Position numbers and translations under genes: made by a program. This document shows positions 26,900 to 36,996 of a stretch of 59,024 bases of DNA, in pieces. Below the pieces are notes generated by a model. It was not told the DNA's origin. It saw nothing but the letters and a program-made list of their open reading frames with translations, and searched no databases. Source of the DNA: an uncultured virus (IMG/VR IMGVR_UViG_3300047357_001465) (taxonomy: Duplodnaviria > Heunggongvirae > Uroviricota > Caudoviricetes); IMG/VR virus record IMGVR_UViG_3300047357_001465; one strand, written 5' to 3'. Positions within the stretch are counted from its first letter, which is position 1. Each line of letters starts with the position of its first letter.

Positions 26900-29200
26900 C
26901 TATAGGTCAAAGCCGCCGAAGAGGATGTTTCCGAGATCCTTATCTTTTGGGGCTTCTACGTTTAGTTGAATATGCTCACTCGAGGAAAGGTTGAATTGGT
27001 TAGGGTCATAAGTGTTACTAAAGAGAGATGCAATTTTCTCACTGTCTGTAGAGTTCGCGATCCTAATCATTTCTTCCTTATAGTCTGCGGGGTTCTCTAC
27101 GACCTCAGACACGGAGGCCACAATCACCTTATTGTATTTCTGGCAAGTTCCCTGAGAGTTGAAGACACAAGAACCACACTTGCTAGTTTTTAACAAGGTA
27201 GGGATCTGGTTTGCTCTGTGTATTAAAGCACCCTTATCGCACCCTTCAGTCCCATTGGACAGGTATGCCTCTGCGTCTACATAGGCGTGTCCTGAGAGAC
27301 CTTCGTGCTCATCTCTTAGGGAGGCGATCTTAGATTGGTACTCATGTACTACGTTCTCGTTGAATCTTGAGGTAAGAAGAATATTTAACTCTTCACCGAC
27401 CGCTCCTTCACTCATTTTTCTCTTTAGCCAAGAAGAGACTTTCTGCTCAGTGGCACTTACAACATTAGATTTTTTATGACCCAGCACATGAGCAGTTTCT
27501 TCTCCCACATACACATTAGACTCGCTTGGTGTCGCCGCGAATTCGAAAGCTTTTCTCACGAAGTCGTTAGGGTCTTCTATAGAGCTTATCTTTTCATATT
27601 GCTCTTTGCCCAATAGTCCCGTCGATAAGAGCTTATCAACTTTTGCATTGGCGGCCTTCCAAGAATTCGCGTTGGCTCTCTTCTCTCTACTAGGGAGAGG
27701 CTCTACTGCTTTGTTTCGAGCCTTAGTCATCCTATGCTCTGTTAGGCTATACTCTTGATAAGACCTCTGCTCTGCAGGTCTGGCTATGACTTCAAGAACA
27801 GAGGCAAGCTTGTCTTCGGGTGTCTTCTTTCCTTGGATAGCTTCCCCTACTTCTTCGTAGGAGATCTCACCCGCCCTTAAGAGTTGAGATATCTTTAACA
27901 TAGCGGATTTCTGACGCTTTGCGTATTCTCGTTCTTCTTTACGGGGTACACTTGCTTCCCTAGAGATCTTCTCTTTCTTCATATTGAAATATGAAGTACT
28001 CTCACCTTGCCCGCTATAATCTGATGCCGCCGACGGTCGGCTTGCCATCCTATACAAAAGGTTTATCTTCTCTGTAGGAGTTCCTTTAGAGTTTAGGGCC
28101 TTTGTTGTCTCGCTCTCGCCGAGAAACCCTTGTGAGACGAGCTGTCCTGCAATCTTCTCAAGTCTCCTTTGAGCGGTCGAAGTTTCTCTGTGTTCCCTTG
28201 AATCAACCTTTTCAACAATAGTAGAGGTTTTCTTCAGGTTACTAGTGCCGTCATGGTTAGGAAACCAAGTCTGTGTAGCAACAGACTCTGGTTGCTTGCT
28301 CATTTGAGAGAAGAGACTCTTGATCTTCTCTTTGTAGCTTGAGCCTGCTTCCTTCTCTATGCCACAAGCTTCAAACTTAGGCTTGAGCAAAGAGTGGGCT
28401 TTCTTCCAAGATATATCTTTAACACTAGCGACAACTTCCATCCCCAAGAACCTGTCAAAAGGAGTTCCTTTGGCGATCAGGTACATGCATGAAGCACACT
28501 TCTTGTTAATTTCCGCATCCCACTTTCCATTGAAGATACCTGGGAAGTGGCTCGCTCTGATGTAGACCTTTCCGTATAGACCTGAATCTTTCGAGAGCCT
28601 CCCCCTTAGCTCCTTGTCCTCTACCGATTTGAGATCTAGGTTGTCAAAAGCGAGCTTCCTGTATGCCTTTTCTTTTTTTTCTCGGTAAGAGTCACCTGGT
28701 AACTTGCTTTGTTCTTTTCGGTATGGGTTTAAATAAGGCTCATTCTTATGGTTGGTGTTAGGGATGATAGTCGTACCATCAGTAGAGGCAGAACCCCATA
28801 GCTCTTGAAGGGCTTTGAGGTTGCTTGCCTCAGGGTCATTGAGGTTTCCCTCTTCCATATTCTTAATAACTTCTTCAAGGGATCTTACACCCTTAAGGTC
28901 GGGCTCGGGTTGTGAAGCAAGCCAAGAGTGATCCACAAGGTTAATGTCTTGACCTGCGTCTCTTGTGAGTTCCGCCATATTCAAGTCGGCTTCGACAGCT
29001 AAGCCATCAGGCATATCAGAGTGTAGATTACCATCAGGAGGGACGATACCTCGAGGTAAACCTGCGATCCCTTTAGCTTCAGGGAGGCGTGCTCCGTCGA
29101 GGACACCATCATTATATTCGGTGTCGAAGTGGAAGCCGTCTAACATGTAGTTAGAACCGTTTGTAAGGGAGAATCCTCCATTGGGTGTCTTGCTACTCAT
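26900..29200 (-). CDS. large putative head-associated protein with internal ~90-aa repeats
   Basis: Three helical repeats (LVSQGFL, LLRAGEI, LLSTGLL); two GxxYxxA/Cys blocks; many (K/R)xA motifs. Confidence 0.65.
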   Translation of the reverse strand: MSSKTPNGGFSLTNGSNYMLDGFHFDTEYNDGVLDGARLPEAKGIAGLPRGIVPPDGNLHSDMPDGLAVEADLNMAELTRDAGQDINLVDHSWLASQPEPDLKGVRSLEEVIKNMEEGNLNDPEASNLKALQELWGSASTDGTTIIPNTNHKNEPYLNPYRKEQSKLPGDSYREKKEKAYRKLAFDNLDLKSVEDKELRGRLSKDSGLYGKVYIRASHFPGIFNGKWDAEINKKCASCMYLIAKGTPFDRFLGMEVVASVKDISWKKAHSLLKPKFEACGIEKEAGSSYKEKIKSLFSQMSKQPESVATQTWFPNHDGTSNLKKTSTIVEKVDSREHRETSTAQRRLEKIAGQLVSQGFLGESETTKALNSKGTPTEKINLLYRMASRPSAASDYSGQGESTSYFNMKKEKISREASVPRKEEREYAKRQKSAMLKISQLLRAGEISYEEVGEAIQGKKTPEDKLASVLEVIARPAEQRSYQEYSLTEHRMTKARNKAVEPLPSREKRANANSWKAANAKVDKLLSTGLLGKEQYEKISSIEDPNDFVRKAFEFAATPSESNVYVGEETAHVLGHKKSNVVSATEQKVSSWLKRKMSEGAVGEELNILLTSRFNENVVHEYQSKIASLRDEHEGLSGHAYVDAEAYLSNGTEGCDKGALIHRANQIPTLLKTSKCGSCVFNSQGTCQKYNKVIVASVSEVVENPADYKEEMIRIANSTDSEKIASLFSNTYDPNQFNLSSSEHIQLNVEAPKDKDLGNILFGGFDL

Positions 29201-29757
29201 TTCTTCTTCCTTTCACTCAAGAAGTCCCTACTAGGGTCTTTTGGAGAGTCATCCTCTTCCTGTTCCTGCAAAGCCCAGCCTTCTGGGTCTCCCTTGATTT
29301 CTTCAATATCTTCCATAACTTGAACTAGTACTTTCTCTTGTTCAAGTTGCCAATGGTCAGCAGTGACTTCATCGTATAGGGTGTCGGACAAGGCAGAAAG
29401 AGCTTCGACAATATTCATGTATTGCCGCCTCATCGCCTTTATCTCCATAATGTAGCCTCTGCCTCCAAGATTTCCGTCTGGGGAGATGTCCCTAGACTTA
29501 ATCTTAGCGAAGGTAGAATACGCACTCATGGCGTGACCTAAAGCGGATAATGTGGCCCTAAGTACTTTAGCTAGGTTCTTATTGCACTTCTTATTGTATT
29601 TGTGCTCTGGGTCCATGAACCGAGAACTAGGGGGGTGTTGCCCCCAAGCCCAAGCATTAGAATCATCTCCGTGATCTTTGATAAAGCGGACTTCGCCCGC
29701 CGTCTTAACTCGTCTTGAATATTTCCGAGCTACGCTTTTTGGGTCTGCCTTACTCAT
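29197..29757 (-). CDS. hypothetical protein (head module)
   Basis: Start MSKADPKSVARKY after GAGG; TA-N8-AT motif upstream. Confidence 0.65.
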   Translation of the reverse strand: MSKADPKSVARKYSRRVKTAGEVRFIKDHGDDSNAWAWGQHPPSSRFMDPEHKYNKKCNKNLAKVLRATLSALGHAMSAYSTFAKIKSRDISPDGNLGGRGYIMEIKAMRRQYMNIVEALSALSDTLYDEVTADHWQLEQEKVLVQVMEDIEEIKGDPEGWALQEQEEDDSPKDPSRDFLSERKKK

Positions 29758-29957
29758 CTGACTACCTCTCAATATCTGTTACTGAGAGAGCAGGCTTATA
29801 AATGAGATATTGAAGATCAGCACCTTATTGATCCTCAAAGAGTGAAACCTGTCTTTCTTTGACTTCTCCAACCTCGCATTCTCGACTCTGATTCCGACGT
29901 AGGATGTTTTGGCAACCAACGGGGGGGTCAAGTATAAACCCGAAGGCACACCTTCAA

Positions 29958-30914
29958 CTATTTTACCTCGGTGTTTACGATGTCATTAAGTCTGGACTTA
30001 AACTCTTCAGTCCAGCTCTTCTCCGCTGGAACATCTTTGGAAGAGGAGATGAAGTACAACTTGCCTACGCTAGGGTTAATTGAAGTGTATCCTCTGCCGT
30101 CTCTTTCATTGAGAAGGAAGTAGAAGTCACCCTGCTTGTTATAGCCTGCGGAGATGACCTCCCCTTCGTAATATATAACGGAGTATTCAGAGAGCTTGCT
30201 ATCCATCAGGTCATTGAAGTTTCCATGTAGAGTTGTCTTCTTCTCCCTACTTTCGAGCATCGTTTGTGTCAAATCTCTACGAGCTTGGGGGGCTGGAGAT
30301 TTACCGCCTCTGTCGTATACAACAGCAAACAGGGGCTTTGTGGCTGTAGATCCTAAGTAAGAATTAATGTTCCTAAATGCACGGTAGAGACCCACTTTGT
30401 CATGTGGTGCGAGGCTTTTCTCCCTCATCTGCTCAAGAACCTTCTCTTGCTTCTCAAGGTTGCCAGATTTCTCTGCGGCCTCGAGTTTATTTTGCAACCC
30501 TCTGATCCTTACAGGCAAGACTGCCTTGAATTTGAATTTATTACCAGGCTTACCCGTCCTCAGGTCAATCGGTGCGACTTCAATCGTGCAATCTTCTCTT
30601 AGGTCTCTAGGTCTGGTGATATCGAGGATCACGCAGTACATGGGTTTTTCAGGCGTGTGCGTAAGTAAGCCACAGTTTTTAATATTCTGCGGGTGCGTGC
30701 ATTTCTTCCCCTCGACCTTGACTACTTCTCCTACTTCGAGTGCTCCTTTCCTTTGGGTCTTTATAGATCCCTTTGGGTTAATGAAGACTCCTTGGGAAGA
30801 AAGATACGACTTTACCTCAGACTCGGTCATGCCTGTCGGGTTTGATAGCTTACCCCACGCCGCGAATGCTGCAGGGTCATTTGTGAGTGCGTTTGCACCT
30901 GATTCTTTTTTCAT
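29958..30914 (-). CDS. hypothetical protein (318 aa)
   Basis: AAGGAG RBS; TA-N8-AT motif upstream. Confidence 0.7.
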   Translation of the reverse strand: MKKESGANALTNDPAAFAAWGKLSNPTGMTESEVKSYLSSQGVFINPKGSIKTQRKGALEVGEVVKVEGKKCTHPQNIKNCGLLTHTPEKPMYCVILDITRPRDLREDCTIEVAPIDLRTGKPGNKFKFKAVLPVRIRGLQNKLEAAEKSGNLEKQEKVLEQMREKSLAPHDKVGLYRAFRNINSYLGSTATKPLFAVVYDRGGKSPAPQARRDLTQTMLESREKKTTLHGNFNDLMDSKLSEYSVIYYEGEVISAGYNKQGDFYFLLNERDGRGYTSINPSVGKLYFISSSKDVPAEKSWTEEFKSRLNDIVNTEVK

Positions 30915-31056
30915 GATTCATTCTCCTTTGGTCACCATTCTGTTGAGTATAGATATATTATAAAAATACCTGATTGGGGCGAACAATAATATGTGTTAGA
31001 TGAGCTCCGCTTATATGGAGGAGATAGGTTGCTCTAAATTCTGTTAGGAGACTCAA

Positions 31057-32346
31057 ATGCAGAAAGCCGTGATCCTCGACACAAGTGTTCTTATCCACGA
31101 CCCTCAATCAATCAGATCTTATGCCGAAGACGTAAAGGTGCTGATACCGATTTTTGTGGTTATGGAGCTGGACATACTGAAAGATACAAGCCGAAGAGAG
31201 AAAGCTCATGTTGGTGCTCTCGCTCGAAAGGCATCTTCAATCATTCTTACTATGATAAAGGAGGGAACACTCGAGGTCGTCTCTCATGAGGAAGAGATCA
31301 ACATCAAGTCTCTAGATCGAGCTTCTCAGATTCGATATGTAGACTTGCTCATCTTGCAAACCTCTATCTTCTTTAGTAAGAAGTACGACCTAAAGCTAGT
31401 GTCTAAGGATGTTAACTTGAGGATCATTGCTGAGTCTTACGGAATACTCTCAGAAGACTTTACCTCCGATTCTTCGACTTCAAACATCTACGACAGTCTT
31501 GGACTCAAAGAGTTTGTTCCAGATCATGTGTTGACCTCTTCTCTGGTGAAGTCTTATTGGGAGGGTGCAGTACGTATTCCTTTTGACCTTGACTTCAAGG
31601 CCTTCCAAAACGAATACTTCTGGTTCTTAGACAATAGGCAGAAGACGCATCTCTTCCAATTTAGAGACGACACTCTTTTCCCGATACACAAATCAGAACA
31701 CCGCGTGAAGCCACGGAATCTAGAGCAACGTGCGGCTCTCGATCTTTTGATGGACTCAGAGGTAGAGTTGGTCGCCCTTCTAGGTAAAGCAGGTACGGGG
31801 AAAACATATCTCGCCCTCGCATCTGCCTTAGAGCAGACTGCTCGGTATCACCGAATATTGCTCTCTAAGCCTGTCGTCGATGTTGGTAAAGGCATAGGCT
31901 TCCTTCCAGGTTCTATGTCAGAGAAGATGGAGCCTTGGATGCAGAGCTTCTTTGATAACCTCGACCAGATTAACCCTATGTGGGACACCTCACCATTGGG
32001 GCTGGAGGCAGGCTCGAAGGAGACCTTCTTAGAAAAAAACCAAATTGAGATACAACCGATACACTCCATAAGGGGTCGTTCTCTCAAGCAGGCTTATATG
32101 ATCATAGATGAAGCTCAGAATCTCACTAAGCATGAGATCAAGTCTATAATCACCAGAGCGGCAGAAGGCACAAAGGTTGTTCTTCTTGGAGACCCTTATC
32201 AGGTTGACCACCCTTACTTGGACACAAACTCTAACGGCCTTGTCTATGTCATTGAAAAAATGAGAGGTCAGTCGATCTTTGGCTGTGTGAGTCTTCATAA
32301 GTCAGAAAGGTCAACCCTCTCCGATATTGCCGCTGATCTTTTGTAA
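31057..32346 (+). CDS. phoH: PIN-PhoH family ATPase
   Basis: N-terminal PIN (ILDTSVL, ELD, SKDVNLR); GKAGTGKT, IRGRS, IIDEAQN, LGDPYQVD. Confidence 0.92.
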   Translation: MQKAVILDTSVLIHDPQSIRSYAEDVKVLIPIFVVMELDILKDTSRREKAHVGALARKASSIILTMIKEGTLEVVSHEEEINIKSLDRASQIRYVDLLILQTSIFFSKKYDLKLVSKDVNLRIIAESYGILSEDFTSDSSTSNIYDSLGLKEFVPDHVLTSSLVKSYWEGAVRIPFDLDFKAFQNEYFWFLDNRQKTHLFQFRDDTLFPIHKSEHRVKPRNLEQRAALDLLMDSEVELVALLGKAGTGKTYLALASALEQTARYHRILLSKPVVDVGKGIGFLPGSMSEKMEPWMQSFFDNLDQINPMWDTSPLGLEAGSKETFLEKNQIEIQPIHSIRGRSLKQAYMIIDEAQNLTKHEIKSIITRAAEGTKVVLLGDPYQVDHPYLDTNSNGLVYVIEKMRGQSIFGCVSLHKSERSTLSDIAADLL

Positions 32347-32383
32347 TTTATCTATAATACTCTGGTTGAAAAAGGAGTATTAG

Positions 32384-32944
32384 ATGTTAAGTATGATCGA
32401 ACGAATTGTGTTGAATAGGTTTCTTAATAAAAAGAAATACAATCAGAGGTCTGTGTACGGTTTCTTGTGTAGGAAGATCTTTCTCGCTTCTCATAAAATT
32501 GTGTCGAAGAAAGAGGTTGAGGTTCTAGGTTCGTCTTTGTCTTCATATAGAGAAGGTGTGCCACAATACAACACCCCTATTAAGGTAATATCGGGGTTCG
32601 AGTCCATTGTTAAAATTACAATAGACCCAAAAGACCTTTTTAACGTACCTTGGCTATCCAAGGAACTCAAGATCTTAGCGGTAGCTCTTACGAAGTCGGG
32701 TAAGAAGTATCTCAAGTCCTTGCCCGTGGAAGTAACTGCAGAACTTCTCGGCTTTGAGGAACACGAGGACATTCGCGTGCCACTAGGTTACGTAGTGGAT
32801 GAGGTTTTTGACGACGAAACAAGGTACGGGTTTGGGGTAACCTCCATCGGGAAGACCCCTTCGGGGAAATTGGAATTTACCCTCAAGATGAATGTGGTGA
32901 CTTACCCTTCTCTAAGAAGTGAGAGTCTTTACCCTGACTTCTGA
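32384..32944 (+). CDS. hypothetical protein
   Basis: AAGGAG RBS; TA-N8-AT motif upstream; N-terminal IERIVLNRF. Confidence 0.65.
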   Translation: MLSMIERIVLNRFLNKKKYNQRSVYGFLCRKIFLASHKIVSKKEVEVLGSSLSSYREGVPQYNTPIKVISGFESIVKITIDPKDLFNVPWLSKELKILAVALTKSGKKYLKSLPVEVTAELLGFEEHEDIRVPLGYVVDEVFDDETRYGFGVTSIGKTPSGKLEFTLKMNVVTYPSLRSESLYPDF

Positions 32945-33128
32945 ATTGAATCGCGAGGGTTTCTCCTTCCATGTGGACATCAAAAGTCCCTTCATGCAGG
33001 AATAGCTCCTTGCCTCCTATCTTAACCGATACCTTGTTAAAACCTTTTGCTTCAATGGGGTCTACGCCTATGAGTATGACAGGCAGAGTCTTCTCCTCAT
33101 AGCTTGAGTGGATTCCCTTTGTCATCAA
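32883..33128 (-). CDS. possible small hypothetical protein
   Basis: Fills gap but overlaps both neighbours; start uncertain. Confidence 0.3.
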   Translation of the reverse strand: MMTKGIHSSYEEKTLPVILIGVDPIEAKGFNKVSVKIGGKELFLHEGTFDVHMEGETLAIQFRSQGKDSHFLEKGKSPHSS

Positions 33129-33600
33129 AGAGCCTTTCTACTTCATAAGAACCGTCTTCTCCCATTTTAACAGTCCAGAGGTCTTCTGAGGACTTGTGTA
33201 TGAGGGCAGGTTGTTCAGAGGCAAAGCACATAAGAGAAGGCCCGCTTAAAACTATAAAGTGTTCATCGAGGTTAGCTACTTTCATGCTAGCGACTTTGAG
33301 GAAGTCAGAGGGTATCCTGTCAATCTTGTTGCGGTTATCGAATCGGACAAAGATTTCACCCTCTAAGCTCGTTATCTCCCCGTCGGGGGTGTCTACTGCG
33401 ACAACGGTACCCTTTGTGCCTGACGAGGGTAATTGGCTTGGTAGTATAATGCCGTTGTTTGTGTGGGCTACCACCCTAGTACCTTGTTCAAAGGAGGGCG
33501 TTGCTGTCCGTCTCTTTCTGTCCGTCAGGTCAGAGATGGTGGTCGAGAGTATAGAATCCAGACCTGAAGTCTTCGATGGGTTCGCAAATGAAATGTTCAT
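33097..33600 (-). CDS. hypothetical protein, SH3-like beta segment
   Basis: Start MNISF after AAGGAG; GTRVV..GTVV..FVRFD. Confidence 0.65.
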   Translation of the reverse strand: MNISFANPSKTSGLDSILSTTISDLTDRKRRTATPSFEQGTRVVAHTNNGIILPSQLPSSGTKGTVVAVDTPDGEITSLEGEIFVRFDNRNKIDRIPSDFLKVASMKVANLDEHFIVLSGPSLMCFASEQPALIHKSSEDLWTVKMGEDGSYEVERLFDDKGNPLKL

Positions 33601-33641
33601 AACTTTTCTCCTTTTCTTACTCCCTATTAATAAAGGGAATA

Positions 33642-33914
33642 TTAACCAACGAAGCACAATAGGTAGTTCACACATAGAAACTGAGATCCTTTTGCGTCTA
33701 AGGGTCTATTGTCCTTGCTAATCTGTATTTCTGATCTCATATGACAATCAGTGTCGAAGAAAATCGTGCTTCCTTCTTTTTCCTCGCACATACCCCTGAC
33801 AAACCACAGGTAGTGCTTCATCTTGAGTTCTAATATCTTGTCTGTTACTTCTCCAAAGTCTGTTGACAGGTACTCTTCTATCTGCCCTTTACTTTTGAAC
33901 ACTATCCTATACAC
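33642..33914 (-). CDS. hypothetical protein
   Basis: AAGGAGG RBS before GTG. Confidence 0.55.
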   Translation of the reverse strand: MYRIVFKSKGQIEEYLSTDFGEVTDKILELKMKHYLWFVRGMCEEKEGSTIFFDTDCHMRSEIQISKDNRPLDAKGSQFLCVNYLLCFVG

Positions 33915-33989
33915 ACTTCCTCCTTTTTTTCTGTTTGGGTGCGTGTGGTTTCTTATAAGAGGGTAGAATGTCTATGATAGGAGAGTAAC

Positions 33990-34922
33990 ATGAAAAGATT
34001 ATATTGGTCACATATTAGTATGGTGAGGAAATGCCCTCTAAGATATCTTTGGTACAAAGGTCACCCCGACCACGATCTTGGTGCGGGCTTCGGTAAGCCC
34101 AAGCCTTTGGCTTTTGAGGAGAGACCTAGTGAGCATTTTAAGCTCATGGGGTCGGTCTTATCAAAGGTGGTGGAGGTTATGTATAATGATCGACTCTTAG
34201 AGAACCCAAAAGATTGCTTGTCAAAACTTACAGAGATTGCTCAAGGGGAATTTGAAGAGCTGGAGCAGACTCATCACATCATGTGGACGTATCTCACAAG
34301 GGAAGAAGCCATGAAGGTTTGTCTCGACGGCGTTCGGAACTTCTTAGAGATTGTCAAAGACCACAAGATGATCTCTAAGACCTATGCTCAGTCTGAGCTA
34401 AGTATGACACCCCAGATCAATAAAAGCCTGAAAGTATGCGGTATCGCAGACCTTGTATACCGAGACTTAGACGGGAAACTTTGGATACTTGATGGTAAGA
34501 ACGCCTCTACACCTATGAAGTATGAAGATGAAGACCAATTGAAATGGTACGCTCTCTGTTTCAGGCTTGAGTATGGTGTTTTGCCTGATAAGCTGGGGTT
34601 CTTCTACTTTAGATATCCGAAGTCGAACCCTCCAAAGAAGAACCCAAGCCCTAGTTCTGAGTGGACAGGGCTGGTTGAAGTTTCTTTAACTGAGGATGAC
34701 ATCAGGAGACTAGGTAACGAAGCAATCGAAACTCACAGGCTCATTGAGCGGGGAGTTTTCGAGGCAAACCCTGTACCCAAAAACTGCTCTTTCTGTGACT
34801 TTGAGAATATCTGTGAAGCGAGGCAGGAGCAAAAGAAACTTAACGCAGCTAAACGTAAGCCAAAAGAGCCGAAAGAATATGAGAATTACAAGGTGCTTAC
34901 ATTAGGGAGTATGAAGCTATGA
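33990..34922 (+). CDS. PD-(D/E)XK nuclease (RecB/AddB/Cas4-like, Cys cluster)
   Basis: N-terminal CP, GIADL..ILDGK, QLKWY, C-terminal CSFCDFENIC. Confidence 0.85.
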   Translation: MKRLYWSHISMVRKCPLRYLWYKGHPDHDLGAGFGKPKPLAFEERPSEHFKLMGSVLSKVVEVMYNDRLLENPKDCLSKLTEIAQGEFEELEQTHHIMWTYLTREEAMKVCLDGVRNFLEIVKDHKMISKTYAQSELSMTPQINKSLKVCGIADLVYRDLDGKLWILDGKNASTPMKYEDEDQLKWYALCFRLEYGVLPDKLGFFYFRYPKSNPPKKNPSPSSEWTGLVEVSLTEDDIRRLGNEAIETHRLIERGVFEANPVPKNCSFCDFENICEARQEQKKLNAAKRKPKEPKEYENYKVLTLGSMKL

Positions 34923-35179
34923 ATACAGAGGCGATATTACACAAAAAGCAAGATCTTCTATCTCGTAGAGAAAGACTGCTTGGTAAACTAGAGGCGGCTA
35001 GAGAGAATCTTTCCAAGATAGATGAGAGGTTGAGGGAGAAGGGTATAGATCCAGAATCCCTTGAAGACGAAATCAATCGGCTTCGATCAGAAAACGAAGC
35101 CCAAAAAGCCAAACTGACTCAGGCACTAGAGCTTGCAGAATCGGTTATTGAAAAAATAGAAAGTAGAGTAAGAGGATGA
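34919..35179 (+). CDS. small coiled-coil protein
   Basis: Heptad-rich 86 aa, coupled to both neighbours. Confidence 0.7.
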   Translation: MNTEAILHKKQDLLSRRERLLGKLEAARENLSKIDERLREKGIDPESLEDEINRLRSENEAQKAKLTQALELAESVIEKIESRVRG

Positions 35180-36381
35180 AAATATCTATATCCACCCAAG
35201 ACCTAAAGTCCGCAGTCACGTTAGCTTCTAACACACTAGGCGTGGCTTCTGATATCACTAGCCACTTCGTATTTGTGAAGGATGGGAATGGGGCTAGCGT
35301 AATGTCTTGCTCTCTCCCTCGAACCTTCTCTAAAGTTCCTTTGTTAGGTGCTCAGGTAACAGGGGAGGGTTCTTTCACCGTTGAAGGTAAGAGACTAATC
35401 CAAATGTTGGGTGCTGTAACAGGAGTGGTCAACATTGAAATGGGTGACGATAAGAATGTGAAGTTCACTCTCCCTAATGGACAGCTTGCGTTGACGAGCC
35501 TAGACCCTGACTCATTTCCTTCATGGTTGTCCCGTGTAGATACGGCTTCTCAAATGAAGGATACGAAGGTCTCCGCTTCAATCTTGTTCGACACATTCAA
35601 CTCTTTGAAGAGTTATGTCTCTACAGAAGAGAGCAGGTCTGAGTTGGCTCAGTTGTATGTTGACTCAGGTAAAGCTTATGCTTGCGATGGCTTTGGGATG
35701 TCTGTCGCTCGATCTGAGAGCCTTGACGACCTGTCTTTGAAGATCCACACTAAGGATATTTCACCACTCTTAAAGTTCCTCAAGAGTAAGGAATCGGATC
35801 AAGTAGAGATCCTCAAGGGGGATCAATCTTCTTTCTTTAAGGCAGAGGACGGAAGTCTCTTTGGCTTGATGGATATCCCTTCCAATTATCCTAAAACAAT
35901 CCTCAGCTACGCGGAAGCCTTCGATTGGGTGCCTCAGAGAGTATGGGGTGTCAAGAAGGGGAGTTTGAACACCGCGATCAAGTTCTTGAGAGCAGGTGCG
36001 GATAAGGATGATCTGAAGGTTAGCCTTACTGATGAGGGGGATATGCTTCCCTTAAAGCTCTCAATGCGACCTAGCAACGGAAGAGGCGAGCTGAGCTACA
36101 GCTTGAGTCCCGCTTCTCTCGAAAACCCAGACCAAGCAATAGAGCTCTTCACATCACCTGATGAGAAGATGTTTGTTGAGAGGTCTCGTAAAGGAGAGAC
36201 GGAGGAGTCTTTTGACTCATTCTCTTTCAACTACCAATATATGACCCGTGCGATAGAGTCTATGTCTTCTGACAACATCTTCATCGGGTGTAACCGAGAG
36301 AACAACAAGGGCTATATGATCTTTAAGGTTCTTCAAGACTCTGGTGTAGAAACCGTAAGTGTCGTAGGTTGGATGGTCTAG
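35176..36381 (+). CDS. dnaN: DNA polymerase III beta-like sliding clamp
   Basis: MKISIS..L, GEGSFTV, LDPDSFP, ACDGF, FNYQYM patterns; about 400 aa. Confidence 0.7.
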   Translation: MKISISTQDLKSAVTLASNTLGVASDITSHFVFVKDGNGASVMSCSLPRTFSKVPLLGAQVTGEGSFTVEGKRLIQMLGAVTGVVNIEMGDDKNVKFTLPNGQLALTSLDPDSFPSWLSRVDTASQMKDTKVSASILFDTFNSLKSYVSTEESRSELAQLYVDSGKAYACDGFGMSVARSESLDDLSLKIHTKDISPLLKFLKSKESDQVEILKGDQSSFFKAEDGSLFGLMDIPSNYPKTILSYAEAFDWVPQRVWGVKKGSLNTAIKFLRAGADKDDLKVSLTDEGDMLPLKLSMRPSNGRGELSYSLSPASLENPDQAIELFTSPDEKMFVERSRKGETEESFDSFSFNYQYMTRAIESMSSDNIFIGCNRENNKGYMIFKVLQDSGVETVSVVGWMV

Positions 36382-36996
36382 ATGGACATCCGATCCCGAC
36401 TCTCTTACCTAGAGGTGTTACACAAGAGCTCAGTCTCACGGGTGCGTTCTTTAGAGACGGAGGTCGGACTTCTTGAAGTTTCTCTTGATCTCGCTAATGA
36501 GGCGAACCTCATCCTTGACCGTCTTGCAGAAGACGAGGTTACTCAAGGTGTCTCAGCCTATGTGTGCCTCTTAGAGGAGGGGTTGAAGGCAATCTTCCCT
36601 GAGCAAGAGGTAGGTTTGCACGCAGAGGTCTTGAAGCTCAGAGGTAAGGTGTCTGTAAGACTCAAAACCAGCTTTAAAGGCGAGGATGGTATAGAAGTGG
36701 TGGGTGAGGGTCTGGATTCCTTTGGCGGTGCTGTGGCGACAATCCAGAGCCTTCTCTTGAGGGTGTCTCTGGTCTTGAAGAGAAACCTCAGACCGCTCTT
36801 GGTACTTGATGAGACTTTCCCTTCAGTAGATGTCGGTCGGTCTGAGATCTTAGTTGGATTTCTAAAGGTTCTTTGCCAGAGACTCAATATGGACATTCTC
36901 TGTATTAGTCACGATTCTACGATTGCAGATGGTGCTGACATAGGTTACAAAGTCACTGCTTCTAAGACAGGGGCGAAGATTAAGAGAATCACATGA
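36382..36996 (+). CDS. C-terminal half of an SbcC/Rad50/gp46-like ABC ATPase
   Basis: SFGGA signature-like, LVLDETF Walker B/D-loop, ISH H-loop; no Walker A. Confidence 0.75.
   Translation: MDIRSRLSYLEVLHKSSVSRVRSLETEVGLLEVSLDLANEANLILDRLAEDEVTQGVSAYVCLLEEGLKAIFPEQEVGLHAEVLKLRGKVSVRLKTSFKGEDGIEVVGEGLDSFGGAVATIQSLLLRVSLVLKRNLRPLLVLDETFPSVDVGRSEILVGFLKVLCQRLNMDILCISHDSTIADGADIGYKVTASKTGAKIKRIT

Noticed and set aside
33990..34922. CRISPR-associated Cas4 or a CRISPR array
   Set aside because: No repeat-spacer array or other cas genes; context is a recombination operon
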